A stretch of 9,222 nt of DNA from Candidatus Hermodarchaeota archaeon (GTDB lineage Archaea; Asgardarchaeota; Heimdallarchaeia; Hodarchaeales; Hodarchaeaceae). Shown here one piece after another: positions 1-5,703 of the stretch. Position numbers and translations under genes: made by a program. Location: assembly GCA_048886185.1 (NCBI GenBank), contig JBHLKY010000051.1:1-9222 (forward strand), written 5' to 3'. The notes below the pieces were generated by a model, which saw only the letters and a program-made list of their open reading frames with translations, was not told the origin of the DNA and did not search any database. Numbering within the stretch: the first letter of the stretch is position 1; each line of letters starts with the position of its first letter.

Positions 1-314
1 TTTTAAAAAATTAATATCCTGTAAGTTATCCACTTCCCAAATTCTTAAGAAATAGTATCATTTTTGATCCTTATACATTTTTTTCGCTTTCGAGTACACT
101 CGTTGTCCATATTTTTTTTTCAGATTATTTGGAAAACCCTGAAATAAAGCTTAAACTATGAATTGAGATGAATATAGAAAATAATTAATTAGAAATAAAG
201 GCTTTTTGATTTGATATTCTTAATGAAAAAGCTTGAAAAAAATGTGTGTTCTACAAAATAGTTTTATCAACTTTATTAAAAAATGATTTTCTTAACTAGT
301 ATATAACTGATAAT

Positions 315-995
315 TTATATTAATGCGTCAAATAAGGTAACTGGACGACCTACAGGACTTCTCTTTTTTGGATATTCAACTGCAAATCCCCTCGTAATCA
401 ATCGTTGTAAACTGTCATAGATTGTGCTTCGTGGAGCACCTGCCAATTGAACTAACTCTGAACGGGTAAGGGGTCCGTACGCTTTTAAAATTTCTAATAG
501 AATGAGATCCAAATCATGGGTTAGTGGTAGCCTTTCTTGAGTCTTTGTAGAGTCTCTTTTAGTTGATGTTGAATCTAATAATAGATGTTTAAGAAGTAAA
601 GAATCATACCTAATCTCTAAAGAAGCAAGTCTCTCTAGAGATTCTTTCCGAATTGTGTTAATGATGTTAGAAATAGACGTTGTTTCAGGTAATCCAAGAA
701 GTTCCCGCAAATTTGTAATTTCATTATAAAATTGATTTAATTGAGAGAAATCCGAGGAGGAGAGATTTAAAGAGTTCCGAATCTCCTCTAATTTATTGTA
801 AAAACGATAATGTTGTTTAATTGGGTATATTGATGGGAGCTCTAATTCAGATTGCATTTTTTTGAGGAGTTGCCATATATCTCTCACTTCTTTTTCAGAA
901 ACAACTCCTTTTAGGCGTAGTAGTCTTCGTAGCTCACCTAGATTCTTGTTTCCAAATGAATCTTTTTCTGGGGAAAAACTGCTATTATAAGTCAA
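315..995 (-). CDS. TrmB-like winged helix-turn-helix transcriptional regulator with an N-terminal helical-repeat region
   Basis: C-terminal aa ~161-226 (LILLEILKAYGPLTRSELVQLAGAPRSTIYDSLQRLITRGFAVEYPKKRSPVGRPVTLF) fits the TrmB/ArsR-type wHTH pattern, including the PRSTIYD recognition helix and GRP wing. The start is TTG at 995. The frame is closed by TAA at 1038-1040 with no ATG in between, so the exact start is uncertain. Confidence 0.8.
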   Translation of the reverse strand: MTYNSSFSPEKDSFGNKNLGELRRLLRLKGVVSEKEVRDIWQLLKKMQSELELPSIYPIKQHYRFYNKLEEIRNSLNLSSSDFSQLNQFYNEITNLRELLGLPETTSISNIINTIRKESLERLASLEIRYDSLLLKHLLLDSTSTKRDSTKTQERLPLTHDLDLILLEILKAYGPLTRSELVQLAGAPRSTIYDSLQRLITRGFAVEYPKKRSPVGRPVTLFDALI

Positions 996-1025
996 ATCAA
1001 CATCAACTATAACATTAGATGGTTG

Positions 1026-1033
1026 TTTATATT
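1026..1033 (-). promoter_or_regulatory. Candidate TATA box (AATATAAA) for the wHTH regulator
   Basis: 31-38 nt upstream of TTG 995. The AT-rich background lowers specificity. Confidence 0.3.
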
Positions 1034-1119
1034 GAATTTAAGCATTCTCATTATATGAAGTGAATACTCATCCTTGTCTTTCTATAGAAAAAAATAGTTG
1101 AAAAATTAAGGAGTTCTGC

Positions 1120-1149
1120 AAAAATGACAGAATTCAAAAAAAAATGACA
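1120..1149 (+). repeat. Direct repeat AAAAATGACA x2, 20 bp apart
   Basis: Copies at 1120-1129 and 1140-1149. Confidence 0.7.
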
Positions 1150-1216
1150 CTTTCCAATCTATGGTATTCAATAAACACTTTCTTTATAAAAACTAAAGCA
1201 AGAGCGGAGTGATAAA

Positions 1217-1515
1217 TTCCGACAAAAATTTATTTACAAATTAAGTCGACATTACTTTATTTATCTCATTATAAATCTTTATTTATTAAATTTAAGTTCA
1301 TGAAAAACGTTATCATATCATAGGATAATAAAATTCTACAATAAAAGAAATATTTGACTAATATTATTTGAATAAAGTTTATTGTCGGATTCTATCATTG
1401 TATTTCGAATAGATCAACAAAATTACTTAAAACTCTTTTCTTTTAAATTCAAATCATAAATTCTCCGAAGATTTTTCCCTAAAACTCTTTTCTATATGTT
1501 TTTTATTTTGTCGGC
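1217..1515. promoter_or_regulatory. Three copies of a TTGTCGG motif, candidate transcription-factor sites
   Basis: CCGACAA at 1219-1225 (reverse orientation) and TTGTCGG at 1382-1388 and 1508-1514. Each is preceded by a T-rich flank in a very AT-rich spacer. The motif is seen directly; its function is inferred. Confidence 0.5.
1428..1493 (+). repeat. Exact 14-bp direct repeat TAAAACTCTTTTCT x2, 52 bp apart
   Basis: Copies at 1428-1441 and 1480-1493. Confidence 0.85.
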
Positions 1516-1732
1516 AACGTGATTGAACTAATCCTCAGAGGAAGACTACTTCGCCTGATATTGGAGTTTTCCATTTATCTGCTGATTAATTTTCCAGAAA
1601 GATTTTTAATCAATCTTTACTATGAAAAAATCGATAGCATGAAAACAGCTTATGTTGAAGTTAACATAATTTTGTGAGGATTTAAGCTAGTAATAGCAGG
1701 TTTTATTGAAAAGTCTGTTATTTTCTCTAATT

Positions 1733-1737
1733 GGTGA
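1733..1737 (+). promoter_or_regulatory. Archaeal-type Shine-Dalgarno GGTGA for the vWA gene
   Basis: GGTGA-ATTA-ATG (ATG at 1742). Confidence 0.65.
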
Positions 1738-1741
1738 ATTA

Positions 1742-4357
1742 ATGATACTTCCGAATCGAAGTTATATCTGGGAGGCAATTAAACAACATCCCCGGACGGT
1801 CGCTCTCATTATTACATCGATGATTACACTCCCTCTTTTTGCATTCACATCTCTACCTCCAGTCGAAGTTACTGAAGAAATTCTACAAAATACAGTGGAA
1901 GAAATTCTCATTCCAATTGAAGTCCCTGTAAATGTTTCAGTTGAGGTTCCTATCGAAATTAATCAAACTATTGAGATGGAGGTCAATAAAACAGTTGAAG
2001 TGGAGGTTAATATCACAAAAGAGGTGGTGGTCAATACAACAATAGGAGTTAATATTACAGAAGGAGGAAGTATTTTTCTGGAATCACAACCGTTACCACC
2101 ACTTATCGACATGGATATTGTCTTTTGTATCGATACCTCGGGTAGTATGGATGCGAATCGGATGCCACTAGCAAAAGCTGCTATTCGCAATACCTTAAAT
2201 TTGATCAATCAATCGTATTGGGCGAATCTATCAAATGATCAAGTGAGTTTAGTATCATTTGATTATATAAATGATGGAGATTGGACGACTGATGCTACAC
2301 TTCATGCTCCTTTAGATTATATAAGTAATCAGACACATTTATCACATCTTCTGAGTGAGGTGGAGTCTCTGAGTGGTCTCGGGGGAACGGACGCATGGGC
2401 TGGGTTGAACCTCTCATTAGATGCTTTATTCAACACACAGCGTAACTCCTCGGTTTTGAAAACCATCCTCTTTCTTACAGATGGAAAACATAATTCAGGT
2501 CCTTGGGGTACAGAGGTTAATGCGGGGAACTATGATGGCTTTATGCAACTCCCTTCAAATCGAGCACCTGCTTCAGCTAGTCCGATTGTAGTGGCTCGGA
2601 ACAATAATGTCAAGATTTACTCAATTGGGTTGTTTGAAGGAGCCATATACGATTTTGATGAGTTATTTTTAAGAAATATATCATTAGACGAGAATTATGG
2701 AACCGCTGGTGACTTCTTTGTAGGGAATGATACGTTATCTTTATCCGAGGGCTTTTTAACGGCCCGTGATCATGCATCTGGTTGGGTAACTGTGAATAGC
2801 TCGGAAGTGGTACTCCAAGACACTGGTACATTCCAAATGTTTACCTATAATGTTACAAATGATATTAGAAGGCTTAAATGGGACTTAAATTGGATTGATT
2901 CTTCTGTTGACTTTAATTTGATAATTATTGACCCCAACAAGACTTGTATCGATATTTCTACTAATATCACTAAAAATATTATTCCTATTACCCTCAAAAA
3001 ACCGAAATCTATCATTTTCGATTTCCCAATACTTGGTTTTTGGCAGTTTAATTTATCATGGCAAAATATCACAAGCCCAGGAGACCTTATTAAAGGAAGG
3101 CTCTCCTCTTACAATCCTCCAATCTTCATTGAATCTATAACGCAGTATAATTCATCAACTTTCAATACAACTTTGGAATCTTTTCCTTTAAGATCAATAT
3201 TAATGACTTCAAATACTACACAACCATTTCTGGATTCTATTTCATTTAGAGTAACTGATTTTAATGATAGTGTCTTTAGTAATCAATCAGTATATTTTTT
3301 GGTCAATGTAACGAATAAGAATCCATGGTTTACTTATAATAATATTACACCTTATGTGCTTGCAAATTTCTCTTCTTTCAACATAAGTCATACTTGGGAT
3401 CCTCCAGTTGTTAACACCTTAACAACGAACGAATCAATTTCATTTCTCTTCAATCTCACCTTTCTCGAACCTACTCTTCTTCAGGGTGATATCTTTTTTA
3501 AAGTAAACTGTTCTGAGGGTTATTACGACGCTGTAGCCCAATCAGTTACGTTGGATTATCGAATTACCACACAAAATGTGACTGTAGAAAGTCATCTTGA
3601 AAATCAAACAATAACTGTAGTTGAAAATCGTACGATTTCTGTCGTAGAAAATCAAACTATTATTACAGTGATAAGTTCTACTGGTTATGAGCTTAGAACC
3701 CAAATTACTCTTGTTCCTGGTACAACTAACGTTCTGAAATATACTTATGACCGTCAAATGTTTGATACTCTGAAATGGATAGGATTTTTTGCAACACTAG
3801 CTCTATTGATGTCTTTTTTGGTAGTCTATATTATGTCTCAAGCCCATCACTTGAAGAATCTCGCTAATAAATTTCGAGGACGATTTTTCCAAGACCAATC
3901 TGCCTTGGAATTGGCTTTACAGCGAGAAGGAATTACAATTGCTCCTGCAGACCTTAGTTCAGTTATGATGGAAGCTGATGATTTAGATCAGCTTGGAGAT
4001 AATATTTTTAATTTAACAGGAAAAAGACTATCTCCAGAAGAGTTGATTAGGTTAGCATCTGGCACCAATATGGATAAGATTGCCGATAGGATAAGTTATG
4101 TAACTGGTATGTCGAAAGATGAGATTATCTCTCATCTGAGAGATGCTCCAAGCATTGAAGTACTAATAGAACGATTAAATTTAGATAGCGAACGATTTCT
4201 AGATATAATCGCTCGTGATGAGGATGTAATAAACTTTCAAAAAAGAATTTTTAACTTAATGCCTCCCACAAAACGTGAAATATCTGGAATCCGAATATAT
4301 GATGATTTAAATGTTGATCAGTTTCGATCTCGTTTAAGAGAAAAGTTTTATTCTTAA
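1742..4357 (+). CDS. Predicted two-TM cell-surface protein: vWA domain with MIDAS, beta-rich domains, sequon-rich stalks, cytoplasmic helical tail
   Basis: MIDAS DTSGS lies at 2132-2146, followed by GGTD, LFLTDG and VKIYSIGL, all vWA hallmarks. Hydrophobic segments are at ~1799-1855 and ~3776-3835. I hand-count about 35 N-x-S/T sequons between them. ATG at 1742, preceded by GGTGA (1733-1737), is preferred over the track's in-frame TTG at 1706. Confidence 0.85.
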   Translation: MILPNRSYIWEAIKQHPRTVALIITSMITLPLFAFTSLPPVEVTEEILQNTVEEILIPIEVPVNVSVEVPIEINQTIEMEVNKTVEVEVNITKEVVVNTTIGVNITEGGSIFLESQPLPPLIDMDIVFCIDTSGSMDANRMPLAKAAIRNTLNLINQSYWANLSNDQVSLVSFDYINDGDWTTDATLHAPLDYISNQTHLSHLLSEVESLSGLGGTDAWAGLNLSLDALFNTQRNSSVLKTILFLTDGKHNSGPWGTEVNAGNYDGFMQLPSNRAPASASPIVVARNNNVKIYSIGLFEGAIYDFDELFLRNISLDENYGTAGDFFVGNDTLSLSEGFLTARDHASGWVTVNSSEVVLQDTGTFQMFTYNVTNDIRRLKWDLNWIDSSVDFNLIIIDPNKTCIDISTNITKNIIPITLKKPKSIIFDFPILGFWQFNLSWQNITSPGDLIKGRLSSYNPPIFIESITQYNSSTFNTTLESFPLRSILMTSNTTQPFLDSISFRVTDFNDSVFSNQSVYFLVNVTNKNPWFTYNNITPYVLANFSSFNISHTWDPPVVNTLTTNESISFLFNLTFLEPTLLQGDIFFKVNCSEGYYDAVAQSVTLDYRITTQNVTVESHLENQTITVVENRTISVVENQTIITVISSTGYELRTQITLVPGTTNVLKYTYDRQMFDTLKWIGFFATLALLMSFLVVYIMSQAHHLKNLANKFRGRFFQDQSALELALQREGITIAPADLSSVMMEADDLDQLGDNIFNLTGKRLSPEELIRLASGTNMDKIADRISYVTGMSKDEIISHLRDAPSIEVLIERLNLDSERFLDIIARDEDVINFQKRIFNLMPPTKREISGIRIYDDLNVDQFRSRLREKFYS
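3599..3670 (+). repeat. Three tandem 24-nt coding repeats (ENQTITVV / ENRTISVV / ENQTIITV)
   Basis: Units begin GAAAATC at 3599, 3623 and 3647. Each encodes an N-x-T sequon. Confidence 0.9.
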
Positions 4358-4385
4358 AGTAAGGATAAATGGCAGTTTATCAAAT

Positions 4386-5312
4386 TTAAAAACCATAGAT
4401 TCGGTCTTTTAGATATTCATAATGATTTTCTGTGACCTCCCGGATATTTGAGTCTTCAAAATCACGTATCATCTCTTCCGCTGTGGATTGGAAGTCTTTT
4501 GCGCACTTCATATCCATAAAAAGAGAATCAACTGTGGGAATTTGGTATTGGCTAGTTATTGTGATAAAGTGCTGATCTTCTCTAATTTTTCCATATACCT
4601 TTACTGAGTATTCATTAGCGACTCTTTCAAGCCATTTATTCATGAGGATTCTTTCAGAGACTTGATTGAATATAATCCCATTAAAAGTCAAATTAGGTTC
4701 TGCTATCGAATTATAATCTGTCACAAAAGCTAAAAGTATTTCTACCTCCCTTGATAACTCTTCATATTTCGCTTTGCTGCAATCGACCACTCCTACAATA
4801 ATATTAGAATTAAGTAATGCAGGAATAAATGAATTATTTCTCTCTCTTAGCTCGATTACTGGTAAATCAAAAAAGATATAACGAGTCCCCTCTTTTTCTA
4901 ATATCAGAGAAATATCCCAAAAGAACTTTGTTAAATCAAGGGTTTCTGTTTTTGATAAAAAACTAGTCATACCACGTGGAAAGAGAGGAATCATGAAAAA
5001 TAAAGGTTCATTTGTATCTTTATGAACAAATTTTGAGGGAAAACTACATTTTGACCAATCTGGTTCGGTTGATGATCTCATCTCTTCTATTAATGATGTT
5101 AACTCACCCATCCTCATTAAAATCTTGTCAGAAGCAAAAAATAACAAAGTAGAATACATATTTGAAAAATCAAATATACAAGCAACTGGGAAGTCAAATC
5201 GTTTTTCTTGATCTTCTTTTATCCAATTCTTCACAATTTCATAACTAATTGAAGCCATTACAGGAGTTTGACTAGCAGTTGTCCCAGTTGAAATAAATGA
5301 AACCCTGAACAT
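4386..5312 (-). CDS. MinD/ParA (SIMIBI)-like protein with degenerate Walker A, probable pseudo-ATPase
   Basis: Motif order matches MinD/ParA: an N-terminal beta-strand plus loop (VSFISTGTTASQT in place of xSGKGGxGKT), ACIFDFS (Walker A'), YIFFDLP (Walker B, cf. YIIIDTP), NIIVGVVD, GIIFNQV (cf. GVVLNRV) and GKIREDQ (cf. GxIPxD). Confidence 0.65.
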   Translation of the reverse strand: MFRVSFISTGTTASQTPVMASISYEIVKNWIKEDQEKRFDFPVACIFDFSNMYSTLLFFASDKILMRMGELTSLIEEMRSSTEPDWSKCSFPSKFVHKDTNEPLFFMIPLFPRGMTSFLSKTETLDLTKFFWDISLILEKEGTRYIFFDLPVIELRERNNSFIPALLNSNIIVGVVDCSKAKYEELSREVEILLAFVTDYNSIAEPNLTFNGIIFNQVSERILMNKWLERVANEYSVKVYGKIREDQHFITITSQYQIPTVDSLFMDMKCAKDFQSTAEEMIRDFEDSNIREVTENHYEYLKDRIYGF

Positions 5313-5473
5313 TTTTTTATTTCCAATTTTTCAATTCGACTACTTTGGAAAATCTGTCAATGCAATACTTATAATCTTCTAACTCCCTTTTAATAATTTG
5401 TGAAATAAACCTAAATTTAAATTAATTTTCCCTTTTAGTGACAAAAAAAGCATATAATAGAGAATTTATAAAA

Positions 5474-5602
5474 ATGGTCAAATGTCCAAAGTGTAAAAGT
5501 GAGTTAATATATATTGGTCCAGATTACGATGATGAGCAAGAGTTATGTTTTTGCTACTGGTGTGAAACTTGTCATAAACACTATTGGAACTATCCAAACT
5601 AA
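5474..5602 (+). CDS. 42-aa zinc-ribbon microprotein (not in ORF track)
   Basis: Manual translation from ATG 5474 to TAA 5600-5602 gives MVKCPKCKSELIYIGPDYDDEQELCFCYWCETCHKHYWNYPN. It has two CxxC knuckles (CPKC, CETC) and sits in an otherwise empty intergenic gap. Confidence 0.8.
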   Translation: MVKCPKCKSELIYIGPDYDDEQELCFCYWCETCHKHYWNYPN

Positions 5603-5635
5603 TCTTTCAAGAATGATATCCTTCTAAAAGGTATA

Positions 5636-5650
5636 TTTGTTCTCTTTTTT
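5636..5650 (+). terminator. Possible archaeal oligo-T terminator after the zinc-ribbon gene
   Basis: A pyrimidine tract ending in T6 (5645-5650), about 40 nt after TAA 5602. Confidence 0.3.
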
Positions 5651-5703
5651 GTATCCAATTCAATTAGTTACGATGTTCTTTCAGCTCACTATAAAATTAA
5701 TAA

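Noticed and set aside
26-34. TTATCCACT, 8/9 match to a DnaA box
   Set aside because: It is an isolated copy, the same 9-mer also occurs inside the TPR CDS, and the context looks archaeal with no origin genes.
1556-1600. Superficial resemblance to a fluoride riboswitch (TGGAGTT...GCTGAT)
   Set aside because: The P1 pairing and the GAUGAC-CCU tail are not satisfied, and there is no crcB/eriC-type gene downstream.
1300-1677. Tiny ATG-started ORFs in the spacer (e.g. MKNVIIS, MKTAYVEVNIIL)
   Set aside because: They are at most 12 aa, with no SD or motif support.
996-1741. AT-rich repeat-containing spacer as a replication origin or CRISPR array
   Set aside because: There are no ORB-like G-string motifs and no cdc6/orc1 in the window. 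The repeats are short, few and lack regular spacers.
1963-2208. 81-aa minus-strand track ORF
   Set aside because: Antisense shadow inside the vWA gene. Its T/S/I/V bias mirrors the stalk codons.
2610-3140. Track ORFs 2610-2831 (-), 2845-3072 (-) and 2928-3140 (+)
   Set aside because: Fully nested in the vWA CDS in other frames, with no recognisable motifs.
3542-3757. 71-aa minus-strand track ORF
   Set aside because: Antisense to the vWA C-terminal stalk repeats.
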